Both the position numbers and the translations under genes were made by a program. This document shows positions 47,047 to 56,449 of a stretch of 64,000 nucleotides of DNA, one piece after another. The stretch comes from Candidatus Zixiibacteriota bacterium (GTDB taxonomy: Bacteria; RBG-13-66-14; B26-G2; WVWN01). The notes under the pieces were generated by a model. That model made no database searches and was not told where the DNA came from. It saw only the letters and a program-made list of their open reading frames with translations. The stretch spans positions 1-64,000 of the forward strand of contig JASFLY010000002.1 in assembly GCA_050117845.1 (NCBI GenBank). Reading direction: 5' to 3'. The stretch's first letter is position 1. Every line of letters starts with the position of its first letter.

Positions 47047-48177
47047 TCATCGCCCCTCGTCGTACTCGGCCCAGGCTTCGCGGGGGTCGAACGTCGCCTT
47101 CACCCTGTGGGGTTCGGTCCCGACGGTGAAGGTTACGGCTTCGATTTCTTCGCGCTTGGCGGCCTCGGGCAGCACGGCCTCGAAATACTGCTGGTCGAAG
47201 GTCGGGTTGTTGAAAACGTCCAAGGAGTCGATGGCCAAGTCGTACTCCCGGCCGCCGGCCGATACGGTCATCACCGGGTCTTCTTGCGGAAGCAGGGATT
47301 CACGGTATAACGAGTTGAGGTCAAACGAATAAATAACGCGGTCGACATCGCCCTCGACGGGGAGGTAGAAATAGGCCTCTTCCTCGCCGCGGTAAGGCCG
47401 CCACGCGTAAGTCATATAGTAGAAGGCGAGGCCGGGGGTGTCGGCCCGCAACCACCCGTGCGATATAGAAAGCCAATCGCCGAACCTCGCCACTACCGCG
47501 TCGACTTCGCCCGCGTTCGCGTATTCCCTGGCTCGACAAACGTCTTTCACACGCGGGAACGACGCGGCGGGGCCCTCTCGCAAGGGCGAGAAGCGTTCCT
47601 CGAAACTGACCAGCGCGAGGGGCGGGAAATCCGGATACATGGAAACATCCGGGAACGAACCTGTGCGTGCGCCGTACGGCCCTACGAAGTCCGGTTGGAC
47701 GCCGCGGAGGGTGGCCCACCCCTCCTTGCCCTGCGCCCTTACCTTTAACCACGTATAATAACCCCAACGGGGGCCGATGGGGTCCTCGTCGGCGGCCACG
47801 AGTAGGGTGTAAACGGACCGCGCGGCCGTTATCTCCACCTCCGTCGGCTTCTCCAAACGACCTACAACCGTTACTCCCGGTTTATTCGTCTCGATCTCCA
47901 GTACCCTTAGATCACGTACCTCGGAGCCTGAGTCGTCCGTAAAAGGTTTGTCGTAAAGCAGGCCGTGGTTATAAAGGACGACGACGGGGCGCCACGGCTT
48001 CCCCGGTTCCAACAGCGAAAGCCCCGGATGCCATCTCACCAGGGCCCCGGCCGCGGGTTGGACCTCCGACTCCTTAACGTCGGCAAAGACCGTTTCCGTA
48101 TTCGGTTCCCCTTTTTGGCAAGATATAGCTAGCGCGGATGCGAGCACCACAAGTAAGCCTATTACAACATCACGCAT
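47047..48177 (-). CDS. Putative lipoprotein: SH3b-like + DPREAW module
   Basis: AISC lipobox-like; long near-identical stretches with 44530-45717. Confidence 0.7.
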   Translation of the reverse strand: MRDVVIGLLVVLASALAISCQKGEPNTETVFADVKESEVQPAAGALVRWHPGLSLLEPGKPWRPVVVLYNHGLLYDKPFTDDSGSEVRDLRVLEIETNKPGVTVVGRLEKPTEVEITAARSVYTLLVAADEDPIGPRWGYYTWLKVRAQGKEGWATLRGVQPDFVGPYGARTGSFPDVSMYPDFPPLALVSFEERFSPLREGPAASFPRVKDVCRAREYANAGEVDAVVARFGDWLSISHGWLRADTPGLAFYYMTYAWRPYRGEEEAYFYLPVEGDVDRVIYSFDLNSLYRESLLPQEDPVMTVSAGGREYDLAIDSLDVFNNPTFDQQYFEAVLPEAAKREEIEAVTFTVGTEPHRVKATFDPREAWAEYDEGR

Positions 48178-48203
48178 ACCTCTTCCTCCGCTCGCGTTTC
48201 GCA

Positions 48204-50297
48204 TCATTGTCCCTCGTCGTACTCCCCCCAGGCTTCGCGGGGGTCGATGGTCGTTTTGAAACGTCGCGCCGGGGCGCCGGTCTCGAACGTTACGGCCTTA
48301 ATCTCGTCGCGGCGAACGGCGCGCGGCAGCCGCGCCACGAAGCGAACCTCCACGTTCTCGTACCAACTCATGCTACTCGCGAACTCGGGGTACAAAACGA
48401 ATTCGTCGTCCGCGGTCGTTATCTTTATTACGGGGTCGTCGTGGCAAAGGCGCTCCCCGTACAAGAAGATCCCGGCAGTCATGATAACGCGGTCCACGGG
48501 GCCGCGGAGGGGGAAATAAAAACAGAAATACTCCCCGTAGCTTTCCGGCTCGAGGTACCAGCTAAAGACTTTGCGGTACGCCGTAACGCCCGGGGCGTCG
48601 GCGGGCACCCACGCGCCGTCCGAGTCGATGCCCACGCAATACCAGCCGCCGTAGGCCGAGTTCAAATCGTAGATGGAGCCGGCCGGCACCGCGGCCTTAA
48701 GGGCCTTGTATTGTTCTCTCGGGGACTCGTAATACTCGTCTCTTATGGCCGGCGCCTCGGCAGACGGCCCCTCCCTAAGAGGCGCATAGGGCTGGCGGAA
48801 CTCGGCGAGGAAATAGCCGTGCGTGAGCAAGTCGTCGCTCCAACCGACCTTGCCTTCCCGCCGCACTTTGGACCACAAGTTATACCTTTCCATTTTCCCC
48901 GGAAGTAGGCCGGCCGACTCATTTTCCGAGGGATCGAAGCTAGTTAGTATCGACACCGTCTCGAGGACCTCAAACCGCGGGTCCTCCTCGTACTCGAAGG
49001 TCGCGACTACGGCGGATTCTTCGTCGGGCTCGGCGTACAGCGTATCGGGCCGGGAGAGAGGTATTCCGCGCCCGGCCTTCCATTTCTCGATTTCGGGCGG
49101 TTCAACGGTCTGGGCGAAACATATTTTCTTCGGCGGGTCGGCGGGAGGCCACGCGTTGCCCACCCACTTTGCCGATTTGAGATAACCTTCACGTTTCTCG
49201 GTAAACTCGCCGTAAATTACGTGGGGGCGGCCGCGGACGTTTATCGCGGTCCCCGGGACCAAATGCGGCCTGTGGGGGTAATCGCGCAACTTTTCCACCG
49301 TCGTTACTTCCCATCTTCGCCCCGCGCGCCGTCCTACTTTAAGGTGGAAATGCCCCGCGTACTTCGGCCCGTACTCGTAATAAGAGAGGCATGGAACGTC
49401 GTCGGCGTCGAAGGTGAGGGCCACGCGGGCGCCGACCCACCCCATATCCTCTACCGTCTCTATCTCCCACCGGCCCCCCTCGCGGCTCGCGTATTTGAGA
49501 TCGCCCCGGCTCTCGTCGAAATAGGCGACGTGCGGCCGGCCGGCGGCGTCGAAGGCCAGGGACGGAGAGGAGAAGTGCCACCCGGATGTGATAAGCTCCG
49601 CCCTCCAGGCGCCGCCCGTCTTACGGAGATATTTCAGCTCCTCCCCGTCGCTACTTTCCCAGCAATAGCAAACGTGCGCACGGCCGTCGCGGTCCAGCGC
49701 GAGGGAGGCGTGCGGCGTGGCGAAATAGAGCGTGGTGATCGTATCCACGCGTTCCGCGCGCCAGCGGCCTTCCCGTCGGTTCGCGTATACCAAAAAACCG
49801 TCCTCCCATTCCGAGGACTCGCCGATTCCCTGGCCGCCGCCTATTAATACGTGGGGCTCGTTCCGGCCGTCAACGGCCAGGCACACTTCCCGAGGAGACT
49901 CTATGCCCCCCGTCGGAACCGCGCTCCTCGACCACGACACGCCGTTGTAGAACGCGTACGTTACGCCGTCCCACGACCAATAGACGACGTGGGGTAGGCC
50001 GTCGGGGCCGGCGGCCAAGACGACGCCGTAAAGGTCGGCGATATCGGCGTCGATCAGAGAATATTCGAACGCCGTCCCCTCTCCCGACCACCGGCCGAAT
50101 TTCAGGCCGTCGTGGCGGTAAACGAAGGACACGCCGCCGCCGGCGTCGGGGATCGCGGCCCGTACCTCCGTGCCGGCCCTCAGTTCCGGCGAGGCGGCCG
50201 CCAGGTCCTCGGAGGAAACGATTTCCCACTCCCCGCGGGCCCCGGCGCAGGCCGCTACGAGTATGCATAGACATAGCGTAATACAAATAACCCTCAT
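48204..50297 (-). CDS. Secreted protein: beta-propeller + SH3b-like + DPREAW module
   Basis: Signal peptide; SLALDRDGRAHVCY and SLAFDAAGRPHVAY repeats; PLREGP; ends DPREAWGEYDEGQ. Confidence 0.7.
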   Translation of the reverse strand: MRVICITLCLCILVAACAGARGEWEIVSSEDLAAASPELRAGTEVRAAIPDAGGGVSFVYRHDGLKFGRWSGEGTAFEYSLIDADIADLYGVVLAAGPDGLPHVVYWSWDGVTYAFYNGVSWSRSAVPTGGIESPREVCLAVDGRNEPHVLIGGGQGIGESSEWEDGFLVYANRREGRWRAERVDTITTLYFATPHASLALDRDGRAHVCYCWESSDGEELKYLRKTGGAWRAELITSGWHFSSPSLAFDAAGRPHVAYFDESRGDLKYASREGGRWEIETVEDMGWVGARVALTFDADDVPCLSYYEYGPKYAGHFHLKVGRRAGRRWEVTTVEKLRDYPHRPHLVPGTAINVRGRPHVIYGEFTEKREGYLKSAKWVGNAWPPADPPKKICFAQTVEPPEIEKWKAGRGIPLSRPDTLYAEPDEESAVVATFEYEEDPRFEVLETVSILTSFDPSENESAGLLPGKMERYNLWSKVRREGKVGWSDDLLTHGYFLAEFRQPYAPLREGPSAEAPAIRDEYYESPREQYKALKAAVPAGSIYDLNSAYGGWYCVGIDSDGAWVPADAPGVTAYRKVFSWYLEPESYGEYFCFYFPLRGPVDRVIMTAGIFLYGERLCHDDPVIKITTADDEFVLYPEFASSMSWYENVEVRFVARLPRAVRRDEIKAVTFETGAPARRFKTTIDPREAWGEYDEGQ

Positions 50298-50439
50298 CTC
50301 GGTTCCTCCTGCTCCTCATTTCTATACTATTGCCTGGAGTTAGTCAAGAGAAATAATAACGGGTCGTCGGAAAAGGACGGTTTATTCCGGCGCGGTTTCG
50401 GCGTATAATGGAAAAATAAACAAAAAGGAAGGGGTTATT

Positions 50440-51318
50440 ATGCGGGTCAGATTGATCGTAATGCTAGCGGCGTTGGCCGCCGTCCCGGCTTTATCCACGT
50501 ACCTCTACCAACCGGACCACGAGTACACCGACGAGGAGGTGGCCGGCCTCAACTGGTTCGAGCTTAAGCTCCTGGCCACCGAGCCCTACGCCCGGCAGGG
50601 CCAGGTCTTCGACTCGGATTGGTTAATGGCGTACTACCTCCTCGCCGTCGACTGGTACGCCCCTATCCACGGCTCGAGCGAACACATCGCCGCCGCCATG
50701 GAGTTCACGGCGGGGGAGGAGGCCGACGTGGCCCGCTTCGACGAGGCCGCCGCCGGCCTGGAGGCCACGTACGACGGCTGTTGGCCCCTCGAGGACCTGA
50801 GCGGCATGGAGGTCCGGCACTACCGCGCGATGACCTCGGCTCAACACGTCAACCTCGACCTGCCGGCCTCATTCTACGAACTGGGCGAGGGCGACGGCGT
50901 TTCGATATGGTCCTCGCCGGCGTTCGCGGCCGAGGACTTGATAACGACGGGCCGCACCGACGCCGATCCATATTACCGCGTTCACGTCAGGCCTGGCGGG
51001 ACGATAGCCGCCGTCGAGGCGCTGGCCCGGGGCTACGCGGGCGACTACGTCCTGTGGGAGGCGCGCTTCGACCAGGCCGGCGCGCTGCGCCTCTTCCACC
51101 CGGTACGTAGACACGGCGGCTGTTCGAGCCGCGTCGCGATTGCGGCGTTCGCTGGCGGCCCGGAGGATACGAGGCCGCGCTGCCTGATATCCGGCGGCTT
51201 ATGGGGTATCGAGATGGAGGTCCGGGGCGGCCCGTACGCCGAGTTGCCCTTCCGGGTAACGCTGTACGACCGGGAACACGACGGCCCGGAGGTCTACGGG
51301 AAACTGGTCGGCGATTAA
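50440..51318 (+). CDS. Secreted YARHG-domain protein
   Basis: Signal peptide; ELKLLATEPYARQGQVF..DWL..YY...DWYAP matches the YARHG pattern. Confidence 0.72.
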   Translation: MRVRLIVMLAALAAVPALSTYLYQPDHEYTDEEVAGLNWFELKLLATEPYARQGQVFDSDWLMAYYLLAVDWYAPIHGSSEHIAAAMEFTAGEEADVARFDEAAAGLEATYDGCWPLEDLSGMEVRHYRAMTSAQHVNLDLPASFYELGEGDGVSIWSSPAFAAEDLITTGRTDADPYYRVHVRPGGTIAAVEALARGYAGDYVLWEARFDQAGALRLFHPVRRHGGCSSRVAIAAFAGGPEDTRPRCLISGGLWGIEMEVRGGPYAELPFRVTLYDREHDGPEVYGKLVGD

Positions 51319-51403
51319 TCCCCGGTGCTGATATCCGATAAAGAAAACCCCGCCTCCGAAGAGGCGGGGATTATTTTGCGCTTCGAACCCGGAGCCGGGG
51401 CCG

Positions 51404-51823
51404 TTAATACTCGTAGACGATGATGCCCTCCTCGTCCGGCTGATACCAAACGAACGGCGCGGAGGCACCCCAGGGAGTGGCGCCGTCAAAACCAAGTACG
51501 ATCAAAACGGTGCCGTCCCACGGCGGGACCACGTACGGGACTCTTCCACATTCGTAGTAGCCGTCGCCGAGTACACGGTCCTCATGAGAAACGTCCGAAT
51601 AGAAACTATAGCTGGGGTCTTCTTCTCCGTATACGTAGACTTTACAGGTTATGCCGTTTACTTCGTCGCTGGACGAGTCCACGCAGAAACCCGATACGTG
51701 GCCGTAAAGGCTGGCCCCCGACGCCGTCGGCTTCGGGCTGACCGTTCCTTCCTCGGAAGAGCAAGCGCAAAGGAGCAACGCCGCCGCCGACAACGCGATT
51801 GTTAGTACTATTACCCTTCTCAC
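51404..51823 (-). CDS. Tandem lipoprotein, last in transcription order (139 aa)
   Basis: LCAC-SS lipobox; VSGFC, GYYEC, PPWDGT, WGAS motifs; GTG start with AGGAGG. Confidence 0.8.
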   Translation of the reverse strand: MRRVIVLTIALSAAALLLCACSSEEGTVSPKPTASGASLYGHVSGFCVDSSSDEVNGITCKVYVYGEEDPSYSFYSDVSHEDRVLGDGYYECGRVPYVVPPWDGTVLIVLGFDGATPWGASAPFVWYQPDEEGIIVYEY

Positions 51824-51900
51824 CTTCTGCCTCCTTCTGCCTTTAAGATTGGTTAAATACCCTCGAAACGTTATTACCTTCCGCCCTTGGGCCGGAGCCG

Positions 51901-52320
51901 CTAATTCTCGTATACGATGATACCCTCCTCATCCGGTTGGTACCATGCGAACGGCGCGGAGGCGCCCCACTCGTCTTCGCCGTCGAACCCTTTTACGACT
52001 AAATAGGTGCCGTCCCACGGCGGGACCACGTACGGTATCCTCCCGCATTCGTAAGAACCTGCGCCGTATACGGGATCCGTATCGGATTTACAGTCGTAGA
52101 AACTGAAGCTGGGGTTACCGGTTGAGTAAACGTAGACTTCGCAGTTAATGCCGTCCACTTTCGCGTTGGACGAGTCCACGCAGAAACCCGATACGTGGCC
52201 GTAAAGGCTGGCCCCCGATCCCGTCGGCTTCGGGCTAACCGTACCCTCCTCTGACGAGCAAGCGCAAAGGAGCAACGCCGCGGCCGATACCATGAAAATA
52301 AGGAACGTTACGCGTTTCAT
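51901..52320 (-). CDS. Tandem lipoprotein, third (139 aa)
   Basis: Same motif set; AGGAGG RBS. Confidence 0.8.
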   Translation of the reverse strand: MKRVTFLIFMVSAAALLLCACSSEEGTVSPKPTGSGASLYGHVSGFCVDSSNAKVDGINCEVYVYSTGNPSFSFYDCKSDTDPVYGAGSYECGRIPYVVPPWDGTYLVVKGFDGEDEWGASAPFAWYQPDEEGIIVYEN

Positions 52321-52397
52321 TCTCTACCTCCTTGTGAAATTTAAAAAGGTTAATACCCTCGCAACGGCCCACCCGCCGAAACTCGGCGACTCGGCCG

Positions 52398-52817
52398 CTA
52401 ATACTCGTTGACGACGATATTTGTCTCGTTCGGTTGAGTCCACGCGAACAGAGAAGATATCCCCCAGGCACCTTCGGCGGTATACCCGTATACGTATAAT
52501 ATCGTACCGTCCATCGGCGGAGCTAACTCCGGACATCTCTCGCACGCGTAATATCCGGTTCCGTAAGTACCGTCGGTATAGGAAACGCAGGGTTCGAAAG
52601 ATAAACAGGGCATGCCGGTGGCGTATACGTAGACCTCGCACGTTATACGGTTCGTCCCCTCGTTAATATTATTCAGGCAATTACCCGACACGCCTTCGGC
52701 GATATCGTCCTTCGACCCCGTAGGTTCGGGACTCAACGTCCCTTCCTCGGACGAGCAGGCGCAGAGGAGCAACGCCGCCGCCGACAGCACGGTAATAAGG
52801 AACGTTACGCGTTTCAT
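52398..52817 (-). CDS. Tandem lipoprotein, second (139 aa)
   Basis: Same motif set; two extra Cys pairs of residues in the variable region (MPC, EPC, ERC). Confidence 0.8.
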   Translation of the reverse strand: MKRVTFLITVLSAAALLLCACSSEEGTLSPEPTGSKDDIAEGVSGNCLNNINEGTNRITCEVYVYATGMPCLSFEPCVSYTDGTYGTGYYACERCPELAPPMDGTILYVYGYTAEGAWGISSLFAWTQPNETNIVVNEY

Positions 52818-52894
52818 TCTCTACCTCCTTGTGAAATTTAAAAAGGTTAATACCCTCGCAACGGCCCACCCGCCGAAACTCAGCGGCTAGGCCG

Positions 52895-53314
52895 CTAATA
52901 CTCGTTGACTATTACGTTCGTCACGCTCGGGCTGTACCACTGGAACGCCGCGGACGAACCCCAGGTTGCGGTGTCCGGGTTCGACCCCTTCACAACGACC
53001 CACGTGCCGTCCGGCGGCGGCGCCATTTCCGGACTCAGCGGACACTCGTAATACCCGCCGCCGTAAACCGGGTGCGTATAAGAGACGCCGCTCAGGAAAT
53101 TAGGCATGGGAAGGCCCGTGAGCGGATTGCAGACCTTGCACGTTACGCCGTTGACGCTCCCGTCCTCGTTCATACAATACCCGGAGACGCCCGAGAACCG
53201 GTCATTTTCCGATGCCATAACCTTCGGGCTTACCGGCCCCTCGTCGGACGAGCAGGCGCATAAAAATAGCGCAACCATCGACAGCCCGATGACAAGCAAT
53301 GTTAGCCTTTTCAT
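52895..53314 (-). CDS. Tandem lipoprotein, first (139 aa)
   Basis: Same motif set; preceded by an AT-rich region. Confidence 0.8.
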   Translation of the reverse strand: MKRLTLLVIGLSMVALFLCACSSDEGPVSPKVMASENDRFSGVSGYCMNEDGSVNGVTCKVCNPLTGLPMPNFLSGVSYTHPVYGGGYYECPLSPEMAPPPDGTWVVVKGSNPDTATWGSSAAFQWYSPSVTNVIVNEY

Positions 53315-53366
53315 GCTTTACCCCCTGTTGATATGAATTATAGGTTAATTATTACGAGGCATTGCG

Positions 53367-53497
53367 CTTATAACATAGCGCTAATATCACGTCAACAGTT
53401 ATTTCATGCTAGTCTATAAAGATTAATAATTAATTATAGCGGCATTAGTGTCTTATATGTTTGATATTACTGTACATATAGTCAATGTTTCCGTCAA
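53367..53497 (-). promoter_or_regulatory. AT-rich region with two candidate sigma70 promoters for the lipoprotein array
   Basis: Minus strand TTGACG(53497)-17bp-TACAGT and TTGACG(53395)-17bp-TATAAG. Confidence 0.45.
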
Positions 53498-53597
53498 CGT
53501 ATCTCCGTCGATATAAATAAATAAAAGAAACCCCCGCCTGGCTAAGGCGGGGGTCCGCGTACGGATTACGTCGTTTATCCGTTGGGTTTGTCGGCGA

Positions 53598-54728
53598 CTA
53601 CTCCTTCTTATCGCTGGTGCGGCCGAACAAACGGGCACCTACTTCCCGACGCCGCGCCCACAAGTACCCGCGACGGCCGGCCAGAACGACCAGGAAGGCG
53701 GTCAGCGCCAGCGGGACCGCGACGATCGCTACTTGTACGAGGAAAAGGACGATGCCGAATAGCGCACCCACGGCCTCGGCCAACGCGGCGAAAACCTGCT
53801 GGAAGATGGAGGGTTTATCTTCCTTCCCGGCCGGCGCCTTCTCCGTCGGCTTATGGAGCGTGATGTATATCGTGCTGTATGCCGCGCGGTTTTGAAGATA
53901 GAGGATCTTCCCGGCCAATCTCTCCATCTCTTCCGTCGTATTATTTATCTCCCGCTGGAGTGCAACGACGTCTTCGAGTTTTCCGGTCCGCGTGTTCAAT
54001 ATCTCGATAAAGCGATCGCGTGCCTCCAACTGGTTGTCGAGCCGCATCTGCAGGTCAACGTATTCCTCGGTTACGTCCTCGGCCTCAACCAGCAATTCCA
54101 CGACGTCGCCGATTTCCTGAGCCGAACTCATTGCGGCGTCGAAGCGGCCCGCCGGTACTCGAACGGCTACCGTGCAATTATCTTCGTCCTCGTACTTGCG
54201 CCGCTCGACCTTGACGAGCTCGCCGTCGTAGGCCGCGACTACCTCGTGTACTCTTTCCAAACCATCGTCAACGTCGTCCACGTGAATTAGCAGCGTGCCG
54301 GTCTTAATGATGGCGCGCTTCTTTAACAGGTCTCCCGTACTACGGCTGTCGGCTATCTCGTCCGCCAGCGAGTCGAGGTCGCTGCCGGGGCTCCCTATGT
54401 CCGCGACGACGCCTCTACCGCCGCCGAGGCCCGGGCCACGTAGGCCGGCGATACCGCCGACGCCACCGCCCAGGCCCATACCGCCGCCACCACGGGCGTA
54501 ATAACCTTTCGAACCGTCCCGACTGGACGGCGCCCTGCTAACATCGCCGCCGCGCTCCTCTTCCAGGCCTAATTCGTCCATCACTTTCTCTTCGGCCGTC
54601 TTTTCCTTCCCGCCACAACCCCCAAGTGCACCGAAAAGGAAAAAACCGGCCAGGAGCGCGCGGGGCCATAGCCGCGGCCGCAGCCGGAATTGCCGTACGG
54701 GTGATGCCGTACAATATATCGGGCTCAT
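53598..54728 (-). CDS. DUF4349 domain lipoprotein
   Basis: LGGC lipobox; IIKTG.L.I.V, VRVPA.RFD, EDVTEEYVDL..RL, YSTI.ITL, C-terminal TM segment. Confidence 0.85.
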   Translation of the reverse strand: MSPIYCTASPVRQFRLRPRLWPRALLAGFFLFGALGGCGGKEKTAEEKVMDELGLEEERGGDVSRAPSSRDGSKGYYARGGGGMGLGGGVGGIAGLRGPGLGGGRGVVADIGSPGSDLDSLADEIADSRSTGDLLKKRAIIKTGTLLIHVDDVDDGLERVHEVVAAYDGELVKVERRKYEDEDNCTVAVRVPAGRFDAAMSSAQEIGDVVELLVEAEDVTEEYVDLQMRLDNQLEARDRFIEILNTRTGKLEDVVALQREINNTTEEMERLAGKILYLQNRAAYSTIYITLHKPTEKAPAGKEDKPSIFQQVFAALAEAVGALFGIVLFLVQVAIVAVPLALTAFLVVLAGRRGYLWARRREVGARLFGRTSDKKE

Positions 54729-54896
54729 ACCTCCTCCTTTCTTTATCGTTTAACCCGTACGCATTTAAATTTTACCCGATTGCACCGCCCGGGTTAAATG
54801 GCGGCCCGCCGGCAGGACCCGGTCCCCGGCCTCGACGAATATTAAAACCCCGCCTCGGCCGAAGCGGGGTTGTTCTCGTTTCGGGACGGGACCCGA

Positions 54897-55247
54897 TTAC
54901 TGGTAAAGACGGAACTCGGCCACCCGGCCGTCGCGCACGCGCGTGGTCCAGACGCAGGTGCTGCGCCGTTCCGCGGCCGGGTCGTTGCACGAACCCTGGG
55001 TCGTTCCGACGATGGCCACGCCGTCACCCGACACCGCCATCGCTTCCACCAGTATTTTGAAGTCCGGCCTTTCGCGGAAGTATTCGGCGTACGCTTCCCG
55101 GGCCACGTCGCGGCCGGCGAGTTCGGCGCCGACGGCGTTTACGAACGTATGGTCGTCGGTCATGAGAGCGGCGAGGCCGTCGGCGTCGCCGGCGTTGATG
55201 CGCTCGAGAAACATCTGCGTAACTTCTTTCGATTTGCCGTCGTCCAT
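54897..55247 (-). CDS. NTF2/SnoaL-like protein
   Basis: FLERINAGD.DGLAALMTDDH.F, VRDGRVAE. Confidence 0.8.
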   Translation of the reverse strand: MDDGKSKEVTQMFLERINAGDADGLAALMTDDHTFVNAVGAELAGRDVAREAYAEYFRERPDFKILVEAMAVSGDGVAIVGTTQGSCNDPAAERRSTCVWTTRVRDGRVAEFRLYQ

Positions 55248-55335
55248 ATTTAATACCTCCGGCCGGGATATCGAAGTTTCGGTAGTTAATTAATGCGTTA
55301 ACGGGGCGGCCGCGACCCGGGGCCGTGCCGCGCGC

Positions 55336-56271
55336 CTACGCGGCCTTGCCGGCGTCCAGGTCGACCTTCTCGTCCACCCGGTTCTCGATGATCTTGCGGC
55401 CCAGCTCCTCGCCGAGTTCGGTGAGTACCGGGATGCTCGAGGCGTCGTCCATGGGGATGGCGTACGGCAGATCCATCTGGAAGCGGCGGAAGTCGAGCCC
55501 CGGGAAGAAGTCCCGCACCAACCGCACCTGCTGGTCGCTGGCGTCGGAGATGAAGGTGTCGATGGTGAAGGGGGCCCAGTCGAGCGCGTTGAACTTGTCG
55601 GCCTCGTGGGGCTTGAGGCCCTCGGGGTAGCGGCCGGTGCCGATGCTTATGAGCGTCGTCTCCTCGGCGGACCATTCCAGGCACCTCGTCGCCTCGTACG
55701 CGGCGAGGTAGCACGGGTTGCAGTAGGACCCGACGCCGCCGTCTACGTAGCGGCCGTCCACCACGGGCATATAGGTCGGCGCCGACGAACTGCAGAGTAC
55801 GGCGTACCAGACCGGCCAATCCCGGTAATTTTCCTTCCAGGGTTTCACGAAGCGCGTTTTATTCAATACCAGGTCATGCGTCGTTATCACGACGTCGGTC
55901 CGCGGGTCCCGGTCCCAGAGGTCCCCCATCGTGGCCTCGCCGACGTACTTCCGCAGGGCCTTGCGGAAGAAATCGTTCGGGTACATATAGTGGACGAAGT
56001 ACTTGAAGGGGAAGAAACAGCGCCAGCTTTTCTTGAAGATATTGTACCCCAGTTCCTCGTAGACGCCGTGGATACTCTCGGCCGTCATACCGGCCGCCAT
56101 GGCCCCGGCTATGATGCTGCCGGTAGACGTGCCCGCCGTCAGGCGGACCCGCTCGTGCAGCGGCGCCGGCAACGTTTCCTCCACGACAGCCAGCGCCTTC
56201 GCGACCATCGTCCCCCTGATGCCGCCGCCGTCGATGGCGAGCGCGACGTTCTTACGAAACGGCTCTTTCAT
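55336..56271 (-). CDS. Patatin-like phospholipase
   Basis: IDGGGIRG, GTSTG, SSSAPTY, DGGV..NP, SIGTG. Confidence 0.9.
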   Translation of the reverse strand: MKEPFRKNVALAIDGGGIRGTMVAKALAVVEETLPAPLHERVRLTAGTSTGSIIAGAMAAGMTAESIHGVYEELGYNIFKKSWRCFFPFKYFVHYMYPNDFFRKALRKYVGEATMGDLWDRDPRTDVVITTHDLVLNKTRFVKPWKENYRDWPVWYAVLCSSSAPTYMPVVDGRYVDGGVGSYCNPCYLAAYEATRCLEWSAEETTLISIGTGRYPEGLKPHEADKFNALDWAPFTIDTFISDASDQQVRLVRDFFPGLDFRRFQMDLPYAIPMDDASSIPVLTELGEELGRKIIENRVDEKVDLDAGKAA

Positions 56272-56449
56272 AACCCGCCTCCAATACGGTTAATTTTAAC
56301 CCTTTGTCCCGTCCGTTAAAGCCAATTACGACAACCGCCGGCAATGTTATTACAAGGTGCCCGTCGGGTCAACGTTAATCGAAATAAATCTTTAATAAAT
56401 AAAACCCGCCTCGGAGCGGCGGGATGGGGTTATTAATAACGCGGGCGTA

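Larger units (their letters stand above)
51404..53314 (-). repeat. Tandem array of four lipoprotein genes, exact 497-bp period
   Basis: Stops at 51404, 51901, 52398, 52895; each CDS 420 bp with 77-bp spacers; spacers 52321-52397 and 52818-52894 near-identical. Confidence 0.9.

Noticed and set aside
51404..53314. CRISPR array or diversity-generating retroelement
   Set aside because: Repeat units are whole genes; differences are not adenine-specific; no cas or reverse transcriptase gene in the window.
53469..53485. LexA SOS-box-like CTGTACATATAGTCAA
   Set aside because: Imperfect match in AT-rich DNA and the LexA motif of this lineage is unknown.
55336..56271. CBASS phospholipase effector
   Set aside because: No CD-NTase or other CBASS gene adjacent; host-like composition.
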